64,000 bases of DNA from Deinococcaceae bacterium (GCA_040255585.1 JBDZVI010000004.1:1590-65589); one strand, 5' to 3'; counted from the stretch's first letter, positions 1 to 9,089 are shown. Notes: generated by a model not told the origin, from the sequence alone. Numbers and translations are program-made.

Positions 1-371
1 TCAGCCGCCAGTTCCTCGTGACCGGCACCATGCTGCTCGCCGCCTTACCCCTCGCGGTGCTCCTGCTGAGCCAGCCCGGCACGGTCATCTACTTCATGGC
101 CGTCGCCTTCGCTGGCATCCTCGCGAACGGCGGCCTGCCGCTCATGGTGCTGGCCGCCCAGGACGCCGCGCCGCACGCCGTCGCCACGGCCTCCGGCATG
201 ATGATGGGCCTCACGTGGGGTACGGCCGGCCTGCTCTACCTCGTCGTCGGGGCAGTCCAGGAAGCCATCGGCATGAACGCGGCCATGTGGCTGAGCGTCG
301 TGCCGCTCCTGCCGGGAGCGCTCGTGGCGTACCGGGTGCTCAAAGGGCTGGAGGCCGGCGCACAGGCCTGA
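1..371 (+). CDS. MFS-type membrane transporter, C-terminal fragment (gene begins upstream of window)
   Basis: Frame of ORF 18..371 stays open to the window edge. Product is almost entirely hydrophobic helices (LLAALPLAVLLL, GLTWGTAGLLYLVVG, WLSVVPLLPGALVAY), like the last helices of MFS permeases. Family-level call only. Confidence 0.5.
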   Translation, partial: SRQFLVTGTMLLAALPLAVLLLSQPGTVIYFMAVAFAGILANGGLPLMVLAAQDAAPHAVATASGMMMGLTWGTAGLLYLVVGAVQEAIGMNAAMWLSVVPLLPGALVAYRVLKGLEAGAQA

Positions 372-449
372 GGACTAGCCAAACCCGCCTCCCACGCGGT
401 AACCTTCGGTTCGGCCTCGCGAACCTCTTGGGTTCGTTTGCGCCTGCTT

Positions 450-527
450 GGTGGGTGTAGCTCAGCTGGTTAGAGCACCGGATTGTGGTTCCGGGTGTCG
501 TGGGTTCAAATCCCATCATCCACCCCA
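450..527 (+). tRNA. tRNA-His (anticodon GTG)
   Basis: Cloverleaf folded by hand. Encoded G-1 at 450; acceptor GTGGGTG/CATCCAC; D arm GCTC..GAGC; anticodon stem CCGGA/TCCGG with loop TTGTGGT (GTG); T arm GTGGG-TTCAAAT-CCCAT; discriminator C; encoded CCA at 525-527. G-1 is the tRNA-His hallmark. Confidence 0.9.
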
Positions 528-548
528 GCCGGCGGGGTCTCCCGCGAA

Positions 549-581
549 GAGGGCGGGTCTCGAGCAGTTCGGCCCGCCCTC
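549..581 (+). terminator. GC-rich hairpin between the two tRNA genes (terminator or processing hairpin)
   Basis: GAGGGCGGG(TC) at 549-559 pairs with (GG)CCCGCCCTC at 571-581, about 11 bp with an 11-nt loop. Followed by CCTTACTTTCC. No strong U tract. Confidence 0.35.
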
Positions 582-631
582 CCTTACTTTCCGCGCTGGC
601 GAAGTTGTAGGGGGACCGCGGGCATCTGCGC

Positions 632-715
632 GCGAGGATGGCGGAACTGGTAGACGCGCTAGACTTAGGATCTAGTGGCCTAGCCGTGCGGGTTCAAGTC
701 CCGCTCCTCGCACCA
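632..715 (+). tRNA. tRNA-Leu (anticodon TAG)
   Basis: Acceptor GCGAGGA/TCCTCGC; anticodon stem CTAGA/TCTAG with loop CTTAGGA (TAG); long variable arm typical of class II tRNA; T arm GCGGG-TTCAAGT-CCCGC; A73; encoded CCA at 713-715. Confidence 0.9.
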
Positions 716-814
716 CCGCGGCAAGCCAAGCGCTTGCCGCTACCTTTTGGCGCCCTGCGGGCGCCCGTTCAGCGGCTCGTTGGTGCGGCGCTACCCAAGC
801 CGATTAGGAGTGTC

Positions 815-2233
815 ATGGAAGCCAGAGTAGTCGAGAAGCAGGGGGTCAACGTCACGCTCAGCGTGCGCGTCGACGCCGCCACGGTAGACGCCACCTTCGA
901 GCGCGTGCTCGCGCAGCTCTCGCGGACGGTGAAGGTGCCCGGCTTCCGCCCGGGCAAAGCCCCGCGCGGCGTGCTGGAGAAGCGCGTCGGCGTCGAGGCC
1001 CTGGCCGAGGAGGTCCGCGACGCCCTCGTCGAGGAGGCCTACCCGCAGGCCGTGCGCGAGCTCGAGCTCTACCCCATCGACGCCCACTTCCACGCGGACG
1101 GCGCCGTGCGCGGTCAGGACTTCGAGTTCACCGTCCACGCCGACGTCTACCCCGACATCACGCTCCCCGACCTCGAGGCGATCAAGCTCGAGGCGGAGCC
1201 GAAGGTCGTCAGCGACGACGACGCGCGCTCCGCGTTCGAGGAGTTGCGCCGGGAGAACGCCACGCTCGTGCCGGTCGACCGGCCGGTCGAGGCTACCGAC
1301 TGGGTCCTGGTGGCGCGCTTGGGCGACGACGACGAGGCCGACGAGTCGTCGACCTTCCAAGTGCACATGGACCGTGCCGGCGAGGAGCTGAAGAGCCAGC
1401 TCATCGGCAAGTCTATGGGCGACGTGGTGACCGCCACGTTCACCGACCCCGCGCCGGAGGGCGAGGAGGGCACCACCACCACGCAGATCCGGCTCAAGGT
1501 CCTGGACGTCAAGGGCAAGGAGCTCGCCGCCACGGACGAAGACCTGGCGCTCCAGCTCGGGTTCGCGACCGGCGAGGAGCTCACGCAGCGTGTGCGCGAG
1601 AGCCTGGAGTCCGACGCCAGGCGCGCCACCTTGGAGGCTCGCCGCGATGAGGTCGTGGAGAAGCTCGTCGCCGGCTCGACCCTCGACCTGCCGGGCAGCC
1701 TCGTCAGGCGCCGCCAGCGCAGCCTCCTGCAGGACCTGGCCCACGACCTGAGCCACCAGGGCACCACGCTGGAGCGCTACGTCGACCGCCTCGAGCAGCG
1801 CGGCAAACGCGAGGAGTTCGAGGCGGAGCTCAAGGAAGCGGCCGAGAAGGGCGTGCGGCGCGACCTCGTGCTGGAACGCCTCATGGAGGTCCGTGGCACG
1901 GAACTGTCGGACGCCGAGTACCGTTCCGCCCTGAAGCGGCTCGCCGACTCGCGCTCTCAGGACGTCGGCCGCCTCGAGCATGAGCTCGGCGAGGACTACC
2001 TGGCCAACTACCGCTTCTTCCTGCGGCGCGACAAGGCGCTGCGCGAGTTCATCAACGAGCTAGCGGGCGAGCCGAACGAGCCCGCCGACGAGTTCGACGC
2101 CGACGAGGCCGCCGAAGCGGCCTTCATCAGCGAGGACGAGGCGGCCGATCACGACCACCACCACCACGATCATGACCACGACCACGATGGTCATGACCAC
2201 CATGACCATGGCCACGACCACCATCATCACTGA
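815..2233 (+). CDS. tig: trigger factor (ribosome-associated FKBP-type PPIase chaperone) with His/Asp-rich C-terminal tail
   Basis: ATG 815 follows AGGAG (806-810). The upstream part of ORF 638..2233 overlaps tRNA-Leu, so it is not coding. N-terminus MEARVVEKQGVNVTLSVRV..VKVPGFRPGKAPR is the classic trigger-factor ribosome-binding signature. Conserved tig-clpP-clpX order. Confidence 0.9.
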   Translation: MEARVVEKQGVNVTLSVRVDAATVDATFERVLAQLSRTVKVPGFRPGKAPRGVLEKRVGVEALAEEVRDALVEEAYPQAVRELELYPIDAHFHADGAVRGQDFEFTVHADVYPDITLPDLEAIKLEAEPKVVSDDDARSAFEELRRENATLVPVDRPVEATDWVLVARLGDDDEADESSTFQVHMDRAGEELKSQLIGKSMGDVVTATFTDPAPEGEEGTTTTQIRLKVLDVKGKELAATDEDLALQLGFATGEELTQRVRESLESDARRATLEARRDEVVEKLVAGSTLDLPGSLVRRRQRSLLQDLAHDLSHQGTTLERYVDRLEQRGKREEFEAELKEAAEKGVRRDLVLERLMEVRGTELSDAEYRSALKRLADSRSQDVGRLEHELGEDYLANYRFFLRRDKALREFINELAGEPNEPADEFDADEAAEAAFISEDEAADHDHHHHDHDHDHDGHDHHDHGHDHHHH

Positions 2234-2255
2234 GGCCTGAGCGAGCTGGAGGTGC

Positions 2256-2290
2256 GTGTGGGGCGTCGTCCGTCGGGCGGCGCCCCACAC
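2256..2290 (+). terminator. hairpin downstream of tig
   Basis: GTGTGGGGCG (2256-2265) pairs perfectly with CGCCCCACAC (2281-2290): 10 bp, 15-nt loop. Followed by GCTTGT. Weak U tract, so it may be only partial termination before clpP. Confidence 0.4.
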
Positions 2291-2370
2291 GCTTGTCGCG
2301 TCCACCGGTAACGCTCGAAGCGCAGTAACGAACGCCCTTGGCTTCGGCTCGGTGCTACTCTAGCCGCAAG

Positions 2371-2991
2371 ATGCCGCTCATCCCTTACGTCATCGAGCAG
2401 ACCGGGCGCGGCGAGCGCACCTACGACGTCTACAGCCGGCTCCTGAAGGAACGCATCATCTTCCTCGGCTCGGTCATCGACTCGGAGGTCGCCAACGTCG
2501 TGACCGCCCAACTGCTCCTCCTCGACTCGCAGTCAAGCGAGCAGCCCATCAACATGTTCATCAACAGCCCGGGCGGCGAGGTGTACGCGGGCCTCGCCAT
2601 CTACGACGTCATGCAGTTCATCTCCGCGCCCGTGCATACGAACTGCGTCGGGATCGCCATGTCCATGGGCTCCCTCATCCTTACGGCCGGCGCCCAGGGG
2701 CACCGCGTTGCCCTGCCACACAGCCGCATCATGATCCACGCCGGCTCGGCGGGCTTCCCGCGCTCGAGCCTCCCCGACCTCGCCGTGCAGGCCCGCGAGT
2801 TCGAGGACTTGCGCGACATGATGGAGACCATCTATCACCGCCATACGGGCGTCGCGGCAGAGCAGCTGCGCCGCGACATGGAGCGCGACAACTTCATGGC
2901 GCCCCAGCAAGCTCTCGCCTACGGGCTCATCGACAAGGTCATCGAGCCCCGCGCCCCCGGACGACAGGGCGGCGCCAAGGGCGGCACATGA
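2371..2991 (+). CDS. clpP: ATP-dependent Clp protease proteolytic subunit
   Basis: [33 protein letters not shown]..; active-site context [13 protein letters not shown], and ERDNFM..A..YGLID. ATG 2371 chosen inside ORF 2338..2991 by homology to ClpP N-termini. Confidence 0.9.
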   Translation: MPLIPYVIEQTGRGERTYDVYSRLLKERIIFLGSVIDSEVANVVTAQLLLLDSQSSEQPINMFINSPGGEVYAGLAIYDVMQFISAPVHTNCVGIAMSMGSLILTAGAQGHRVALPHSRIMIHAGSAGFPRSSLPDLAVQAREFEDLRDMMETIYHRHTGVAAEQLRRDMERDNFMAPQQALAYGLIDKVIEPRAPGRQGGAKGGT

Positions 2992-4193
2992 CGGCCACCC
3001 ACTGCAGCTTCTGCGGGCGCGCCCACACGGAGGTCCGCTTCCTCGTCGCCGCGCCGGGCGGCGGAGCGCACATCTGCGACCAGTGCGCCGGCCGCGTGCA
3101 CGACGTCGTCGCGGAGGCCGGGGCGCCGGCCAAGCCGTTCGTGCACCTGCGAAGCCTCCAGCCGCGCGAGATCAAGCGCGAGTTGGACGCGTACGTCATC
3201 GAGCAGGAAGCCGCCAAGCGCGCCCTCTCGGTGGCCGTCTACAACCACTCGCGCCGCATCGCCAACCCGCAAACGGAGTTGCAGAAGAGCAACGTGCTCC
3301 TCATCGGCCCGTCCGGCACCGGCAAGACGCTGCTCGCTCAGACGCTGGCGCGCACCCTCGACGTGCCGTTCGCCATCGCCGACGCCACCACCCTCACGGA
3401 GGCCGGGTACGTCGGCGACGACGTCGAGAACATCATCCTCCGGCTCCTGCAGGTGGCCGACTACGACGTGGCCGCGGCTGAGCGGGGCATCATCTACGTC
3501 GACGAGATCGACAAGATCGGCCGCAAGTCCGAGGGGCCTTCCATCACCCGCGATGTCAGCGGTGAGGGCGTCCAGCAGGCCCTGCTCAAGATCATCGAGG
3601 GCACGGTCACGCACGTGCCGCCCCAGGGCGGCCGCAAGCACCCGCACCAGGAACTGATCGACGTCGACACGAGCAACATCCTCTTCATCTGCGGCGGGGC
3701 GTTCGAGGGTCTAGACGACATCCTGCGCCGTCGGCTCGACGTGGCGAAGGTCGGCTTCCAGACCCCCACGGCCTCCGAAGGCGACCCGTTGCATGGCGCC
3801 GAGGTGATGCCGTCCGACCTGATGGCGTTCGGGCTCATCCCCGAGCTGATCGGTCGTCTGCCCGTCGTCGTACGCCTCGAGGAGCTCAGCCTGGAAGCGC
3901 TGGTGGACGTGCTGACGAAGCCGCGCAACGCGCTCGTGAAGCAGTACCAGGAACTCTTCGGGTTCGACGGTGTGAAGCTGACCTTCTCCGACGAGGCGTT
4001 GCTCGAGGTGGCCAGACGCGCCCAGGCGCTCAAGACCGGCGCGCGTGCCTTGCGCTCCGTCATGGAGCGAGCCCTCATGCCCCTGATGTTCGAGGTCCCG
4101 GGCAGCGGCATCAAGCAACTGCACGTGGACGTGCAGGACCTGGACGACCCGACCCGCCTCCTCGCGGCGGACGAAGCGCGCAAGTCGGCCTAA
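2988..4193 (+). CDS. clpX: ATP-dependent Clp protease ATP-binding subunit ClpX
   Basis: N-terminal zinc ribbon CSFCGR..CDQC; Walker A GPSGTGKT; Walker [10 protein letters not shown]; ATGA overlap with the clpP stop. Confidence 0.95.
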   Translation: MTATHCSFCGRAHTEVRFLVAAPGGGAHICDQCAGRVHDVVAEAGAPAKPFVHLRSLQPREIKRELDAYVIEQEAAKRALSVAVYNHSRRIANPQTELQKSNVLLIGPSGTGKTLLAQTLARTLDVPFAIADATTLTEAGYVGDDVENIILRLLQVADYDVAAAERGIIYVDEIDKIGRKSEGPSITRDVSGEGVQQALLKIIEGTVTHVPPQGGRKHPHQELIDVDTSNILFICGGAFEGLDDILRRRLDVAKVGFQTPTASEGDPLHGAEVMPSDLMAFGLIPELIGRLPVVVRLEELSLEALVDVLTKPRNALVKQYQELFGFDGVKLTFSDEALLEVARRAQALKTGARALRSVMERALMPLMFEVPGSGIKQLHVDVQDLDDPTRLLAADEARKSA

Positions 4194-4214
4194 CCCCCGT
4201 AGTCACGGACCTGT

Positions 4215-5378
4215 TCAGACGGCGACGACGGACCGTGCCCGCTCGACAGCCTGCTGGAAGCGCGCCGCCGCCTCGTCGACGAGCGCTTCGTCGAGCCCCC
4301 GGCCGTAGCTGAACCTGACGCTCGCCTTCGCGTCGTTCCGGCTCAGCCCCATGGCTAGCAGCACGTGGCTCGGCTCGACGCTGCCCGCCGCGCACGCCGA
4401 GCCGGCGCTCGCGTACACCCCGGCCTCGTCCAGGAGCATGAGCAGCGTCTCTCCGTCGGCGCCCTGCACCCTGAGGTTCGTATGCTTGACCGAGCGCCGC
4501 GCCGCGCCTGCGTTGACGGTGACGCCAGGAACCGCGGTGGCGGCGGCCTCGAAGCGCGCCTGCAAACCCGCCAGCCGGCTGCGTTCGCTCGGCAAGCGCG
4601 CGGCGGCGAACGCCGCGGCCGCGCCGAGGCCGACGATGGCCGGCACGGCGTGCGTGCCGGGTCGGTAGCCGCGCTCCTGCGCCCCGCCGGCCAGCAGCGG
4701 AGCCGGCTCGAGGCCCTCCCTGAACACGAGCGCGCCTGCCCCCTTCGGACCGTACACCTTGTGGCCGGACACCGTCAGGAAGTCGGCGCCGAGGCTGGAG
4801 AGCGTGAACTCCTCGACACCGTAGCCCTGCACGGCGTCGCATAGGAAGAGGGCGCCGTGGGCGTGCGCCAGCTCGGCGATGGCCGGAACGTCGAGCATCA
4901 CGCCGGTCTCATTGTTGACGAGCATGGCCGCGACGAGCGCGGTGCCACCCCGCGCCGCCTGCTCCGCCAGCGCGGCCTCCCAGCCCCCGAGCGGGGAGTC
5001 GCCGCCCGGCGCCAGGGGCACGAGCGCCACGTCCCGGCCCTGCGCCGCCAACCGGCGAGCGGCCTCCAACACCGCGGCGTGCTCACCTGCGTTCACGACG
5101 ATCCCGCCGGGCCGGGAGGCAGCCGCCGCGAAGACGGCCTGGTCGTCGGCCTCTGTCGCACCCGAGGTGAACACGACCTGGCGCGAGCGCACGCCGAGCG
5201 TCGCCGCGACGCGCTCGCGCGCCTCCTCCACCCCGCGTCTGGCGACCTGGCCGACGCGGTGGATGCTGGAAGGGTTGCCGAAATCGCCCTTCAGGTACGG
5301 TAGCACCGCGTCCAAGACGCGCTCGTCCACGGCCGTCGTGGCCGCGTGGTCAAGGTAGATGCCGGGGGTGGCCTGCAC
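4215..5378 (-). CDS. cysteine desulfurase (class V aminotransferase, NifS/IscS family)
   Basis: IYLDHAATT start; PLP-lysine context [14 protein letters not shown]; active-site loop SAGSACAAG. Lies 14 nt downstream of an Rrf2 regulator gene, the same arrangement as cymR-cysteine desulfurase in Bacillus. Confidence 0.85.
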   Translation of the reverse strand: MQATPGIYLDHAATTAVDERVLDAVLPYLKGDFGNPSSIHRVGQVARRGVEEARERVAATLGVRSRQVVFTSGATEADDQAVFAAAASRPGGIVVNAGEHAAVLEAARRLAAQGRDVALVPLAPGGDSPLGGWEAALAEQAARGGTALVAAMLVNNETGVMLDVPAIAELAHAHGALFLCDAVQGYGVEEFTLSSLGADFLTVSGHKVYGPKGAGALVFREGLEPAPLLAGGAQERGYRPGTHAVPAIVGLGAAAAFAAARLPSERSRLAGLQARFEAAATAVPGVTVNAGAARRSVKHTNLRVQGADGETLLMLLDEAGVYASAGSACAAGSVEPSHVLLAMGLSRNDAKASVRFSYGRGLDEALVDEAAARFQQAVERARSVVAV

Positions 5379-5392
5379 CAGCTGGCTGGGTT

Positions 5393-5842
5393 TCAGTCGT
5401 CCTTACCGAGGTACTGGGGCAGCGGCTGCACGCCGAGCATGCGGCGTTGCTGCACCAGGTCGGCGAGGCTCGTGGAGCGCAGGACCTGGCGCACAGCGGC
5501 GTCGACGCGGCGCCAGAGGCTCTCGGTCGAGCATCTGCCGACTCGCACGCAGTTGGCGGAGTCGACTATGCAGCTGACGGGCGCAACGCTGCCCTCGAGG
5601 AGCTCGACGACCTCCAGGCTATCGATCTCGTCGAGCGGCCGCGCGAGGCGGTAACCGCCGTGCGCGCCCCTGACGGCCTCGACGATGCCGGCGCGGCGCA
5701 GGGTCGCGAAGATCTGCTCGAGATACTGGTGGCTGAGGAGTTGACGTTCGGCTACGGTCTTGAGGCTGATGGGTTCATCACCGTTGAGCGCCACTTCGAC
5801 CAGGGCCCTCATGCCGTACTGCGCTTTGGTAGATACCCACAT
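5393..5842 (-). CDS. Rrf2 family transcriptional regulator (IscR/CymR-like)
   Basis: MWVSTKAQYGMRALVEVAL..ISLKTVAERQ.LS..YLEQIF..LRRAGIV..VRGAHGGYRLARP is the Rrf2 winged-helix signature. Cys residues in ..VSCIVDSANCVRVGRC.. could ligate an Fe-S cluster. Confidence 0.85.
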   Translation of the reverse strand: MWVSTKAQYGMRALVEVALNGDEPISLKTVAERQLLSHQYLEQIFATLRRAGIVEAVRGAHGGYRLARPLDEIDSLEVVELLEGSVAPVSCIVDSANCVRVGRCSTESLWRRVDAAVRQVLRSTSLADLVQQRRMLGVQPLPQYLGKDD

Positions 5843-5895
5843 GCCTGACCTCCCCAGCGGGACCGCCGCCTGCCAACACTCTACACCCTTTTACC

Positions 5896-5910
5896 TCGGA
5901 ACGGTTCCGA
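5896..5910. promoter_or_regulatory. perfect 7-1-7 inverted repeat TCGGAAC-G-GTTCCGA, candidate Rrf2 operator
   Basis: Palindrome read directly. It lies about 55 nt upstream of the Rrf2 start, just upstream of a minus-strand TAGAGT -10-like box (5878-5883). Rrf2 regulators bind inverted repeats and commonly autoregulate. Confidence 0.45.
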
Positions 5911-5976
5911 TTTGGCTACCACCGGCCCTGCCCCATGCGCGAGGTGGCCCAGCCTACCCCACTCGCCGAGTCGCCG

Positions 5977-6624
5977 TCAGAGGCGCCCCTGCAAGTAAGG
6001 CAGCGGGTCCACGGCCCTGCCGTCGAAGCGCACCTCGAAGTGCAGGTGCGGACCTGTCGACGCGCCCGTGCTGCCGACGGCGCCGAGGACGTCGCCCTGC
6101 CTGAGCGCCTGGCCGACGCGAACGGCCACCGAGCTTAGGTGCGCGTAGCGGGTCTCGCTGCCGTCGCCGTGGTCGAGCACCACGACGTTGCCGTACGTCC
6201 CCCACCAGCCTGCGCGGGTCACGACGCCGGAACGCGCCGCCCTGACCGGCGTGCCTGCCGGCGCGGCGATGTCGAGGCCGCCGTGGTAGCGGTTGCCGTT
6301 CACCGAGACGTTGCGCCAGCCGAAGTACGACGAGATGCGCCCCTGCACGGGCAGCGCGAAGCCCGTGGTGCTCCAGTCGACGCCGCGTAGCGCCTCGACA
6401 GCGGTCGCCAGCGCGGCGCCCTGAGCCTCGCGCAGGGCCGCGCGGGTGCCGACCCCCGGCTCGGCCGCGAAGGCGAGCCCGAGCACGGCCACGGCCGCCA
6501 GGCCCCGGAAGGCCCTGCAGGCAAGGCCCCGGACCGCCGCGCTAGCGCGCCCGCGGTCCCAACGCGCCCTGGCCGAAGAGCGCGGTGCGCGCCGCGGTCT
6601 ATGCTCCCCGGCGCGCACCGCCAC
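5977..6624 (-). CDS. M23 family metallopeptidase (peptidoglycan endopeptidase-like), secreted
   Basis: HGGLDIAAPAGTPV (HxxxD) and GSTGASTGPHLHFEV (HxH) motifs; hydrophobic signal-like segment LAAVAVLGLAFAA. GTG 6624 is the longest start; the true start could be internal. Confidence 0.75.
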   Translation of the reverse strand: MAVRAGEHRPRRAPRSSARARWDRGRASAAVRGLACRAFRGLAAVAVLGLAFAAEPGVGTRAALREAQGAALATAVEALRGVDWSTTGFALPVQGRISSYFGWRNVSVNGNRYHGGLDIAAPAGTPVRAARSGVVTRAGWWGTYGNVVVLDHGDGSETRYAHLSSVAVRVGQALRQGDVLGAVGSTGASTGPHLHFEVRFDGRAVDPLPYLQGRL

Positions 6625-6636
6625 CTCGTCCGGGCC

Positions 6637-8379
6637 TCAGCCTTGCGTGAGGGTCGCGAGGAACTCCGCGTTGCTCTTGCTGCGTCCGAGGCGTCCGAGG
6701 AGCATCTCCATGGCCTCGGCCGGGTCCATGTCGGATATGACCTTGCGCAGCAGCCACATCTTGGCGAGCACGTCCTCGCTGAGGAGCAGGTCCTCGCGGC
6801 GAGTGCCCGACTTGAGGATGTCGATGGCCGGGAAGATGCGCCGCTCCTCGAGGTGCCTGCTGAGGTGCAACTCCATGTTGCCGGTGCCCTTGAACTCCTC
6901 GAAGATGACGTCGTCCATGCGCGAGCCGGTCTCGACGAGGGCGGTGGCGAGGATGCTGAGGCTGCCGCCGCCGCGGATGTTGCGGGCCGCGCCGAGGAAG
7001 CGCTTGGGCCAGTGCAGCGCGTTGGAGTCGAGGCCGCCGGAGAGCGTCCGGCCGGTGGGGGGCGTGACGAGGTTGTTCGCGCGCGCGAGTCGCGTGATCG
7101 AGTCGAGGAGGATCATGACGTGACCGCTGTCCTCGACGATGCGCCTGGCGCGCTCGTGCACGAACTCCGCGACGCGGATGTGGTTGCTGGGGGGTTCGTC
7201 GAACGTGCTGGCGATCACCTCGACGCCGTGGACGGACTCGCGGAAGTCGGTGACTTCCTCCGGACGCTCGTCGACGAGGAGGACGATCACCTTGATGTCG
7301 GGCTCGTTCGCGACCACGGCGTTGGCGATCTTCTTGAGGAGCGTCGTCTTGCCGGCCTTGGGCGGGGCGACGATCAGGCCGCGCTGCCCGCGGCCGATGG
7401 GCGCCAGCAGGTCGATGACGCGCGTCGACAACTCGTTGCCGACCGTCTCGAGCTTGATGCGGGCTTCAGGGAACGTCGGGGTGAGTTCCTCGAAGCGCGG
7501 GCGCTTGGAGGACTGGAACGGGTCGACGCTGTTGACCGCCTCGACGCGGATGAGCGTGCCGTAGCGCTCGTTCTCGCGCGGGCGCCTGGCCTTGCCAAGG
7601 ATGAGATCGCCCGTGCGCAGCCGGAACTGCTTGATGAGGCCGGCCGACACGATGACGCTGCGCGTGTTGTTCTGCAGGAGCGACTCCTGGAGGAAGCCGT
7701 AGCCGTCGGAGGAGATCTCGAGGTAGCCCTTGACGAGCCGCAGGCCCTCGCTCTCCGCGGAGCGCTCGAGGATGGCGACCACCAGATCGTCCTTGCTCAT
7801 GCGGCGGTAGTCCTCGAGCTGTACTTCCTTGGCGAGCAGGTGCAGTTCGGGCAGGATCTTCGAGTGCAGCTCGCGGAAGTTGTAACCAGGCTTGCGGGCG
7901 GCGCGGTTGCGCCGGTTGCGCCCGCGGCCGCGCTGGCCGTCGTCGCCTCCCGGCGCCGAGTCGTCGCCCTCCGCCGCGTCGTCAGCATCGTCCTGGAGCG
8001 AGTCGGCCCTGCGGTCGTCTGTCTGACGGTCATCGGACTGACGACCGTCTGCCTGGCGACCTTCTGACTGACGACGACCGTCGGCCTGACGGCCCATGCC
8101 GCCACGCCGCGGCTCATCGGACGCGCGCTCGACGGGCTTCGCCCGCTGACGCTCGCTCGGGACCGCCACTTCCGGCTCGGTCTGGGCAGCGACCGCGGGC
8201 TCGTCCTCAGCCACCTGCACAGCGGCTGCCGGCTTGGCGGTCGCCGGCTTGGCGGCGGCCTGCTTGGGCGCCGCCGGCGCGGCCTCCGGGTTCTTGCGTG
8301 GCCGACCGCGCTTGCGTGGCGCCGGCGCTTCCGCTACGTCCGTCACGGCGGTAGGCGCTTCGTCTTCTTTCGGGCTCAT
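6637..8379 (-). CDS. rho: transcription termination factor Rho with ~165-aa N-terminal extension
   Basis: Core is typical Rho: LHLLAKE, RNP-like GYGFL, Walker A PPKAGKT, VLLVDERPEEV, and the C-terminal NAEFL region. ATG 8379 is preceded by AAGGAG. The extension is described in the findings. Confidence 0.9.
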   Translation of the reverse strand: MSPKEDEAPTAVTDVAEAPAPRKRGRPRKNPEAAPAAPKQAAAKPATAKPAAAVQVAEDEPAVAAQTEPEVAVPSERQRAKPVERASDEPRRGGMGRQADGRRQSEGRQADGRQSDDRQTDDRRADSLQDDADDAAEGDDSAPGGDDGQRGRGRNRRNRAARKPGYNFRELHSKILPELHLLAKEVQLEDYRRMSKDDLVVAILERSAESEGLRLVKGYLEISSDGYGFLQESLLQNNTRSVIVSAGLIKQFRLRTGDLILGKARRPRENERYGTLIRVEAVNSVDPFQSSKRPRFEELTPTFPEARIKLETVGNELSTRVIDLLAPIGRGQRGLIVAPPKAGKTTLLKKIANAVVANEPDIKVIVLLVDERPEEVTDFRESVHGVEVIASTFDEPPSNHIRVAEFVHERARRIVEDSGHVMILLDSITRLARANNLVTPPTGRTLSGGLDSNALHWPKRFLGAARNIRGGGSLSILATALVETGSRMDDVIFEEFKGTGNMELHLSRHLEERRIFPAIDILKSGTRREDLLLSEDVLAKMWLLRKVISDMDPAEAMEMLLGRLGRSKSNAEFLATLTQG

Positions 8380-8642
8380 CCCATCTCCTTCGACAGCTTC
8401 CGGCTATACGGCTTGCGTTCTAGCCGACATATTCGGTTTCTCCACACGAGTGACTGCTTGGTCAGAACGCTTCTGTCCTCAGAACCCGCCCGCCAAGATC
8501 GCGCGCAGGCGGATGGCCTTGCGAGGGGCCGCGCCTTAGCGCCGTGGAGGCGAACGGTCGCATAAGTCGACTCAGGTCCGTTGATGGCTCGAGGCCTTAC
8601 CAGGAAGCGCCTGGTTGTGCTTAGGGGCAGCAACAGAACCTA

Positions 8643-8671
8643 TTGACGTGCCTCATGCCTGCTGCTACGTT
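8643..8671 (+). promoter_or_regulatory. candidate sigma-70-type promoter for the ileS leader
   Basis: TTGACG (8643-8648), 17-nt spacer, TACGTT (8666-8671), upstream of the T-box leader. Motif match by eye only. Confidence 0.3.
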
Positions 8672-8744
8672 TGAGTCTAGCGCCGACACTGCTGGTTGTA
8701 AAGTGTCGCGCGCTTCCAGGGCGTGATCTACGTCACTACCCTGG

Positions 8745-9046
8745 AGTAAGGCGATGACGGGAACAGTCCTCGCGCCTGGTGCCACCCACAGCGATCCGGG
8801 AACGGTGAGAGCCCGGAGGCCGGCCGGCGCGTAAGGTATCCTCCCCGAGCCGCTCCCCGAAGCCTGCGCCCAAGCCGCGCTAGCCGCGTTGCAGGTGGTA
8901 GACGGAGCCGGGCGGTGCCCGTAACAGCACCAGGCCGTCGCTCGAGTAGCGGCGGCCGGCGAGGCCGACGCCGGCAACGGCGATCGGCGCAGTTGGGTGG
9001 TACCGCGCTCCCGAGGCGCCCCAACACGTCGTGTCTGGGGCGCCTC
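8745..9046 (+). promoter_or_regulatory. T-box riboswitch leader of ileS
   Basis: Conserved T-box sequence TTGGGTGGTACCGCG at 8993-9007. It is immediately followed by an 11-bp GC hairpin (GAGGCGCCCCA 9013-9023 / TGGGGCGCCTC 9036-9046) that can compete with an antiterminator. GCGATGA GA-motif at 8751-8757 sits at the Stem I base. Apical hairpin CCGGG-AACGGTGAGAG-CCCGG at 8796-8816. AUC (Ile) at 8838-8840 lies on the 3' side of an internal loop closed by CGCGCC/GGCGCG and GGGA/TCCC. Confidence 0.7.
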
Positions 9047-9089
9047 TTGTCGTGCGCCAGGCGCTGATCTCGGGCATGAGGTGAGCCGT

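Noticed and set aside
791-1981. 396-aa ORF antisense to tig. Similar long antisense or off-frame ORFs: 6601..8067, 19320..20108, 20566..21828, 23004..24344, 43015..44625, 53457..55136 and 58009..58848.
   Set aside because: These are typical shadow ORFs of a very GC-rich genome. Their products are dominated by R/A/G/P/H/V/D/E, they carry no motifs, and each lies opposite a gene with unambiguous homology and strong GC3 bias.
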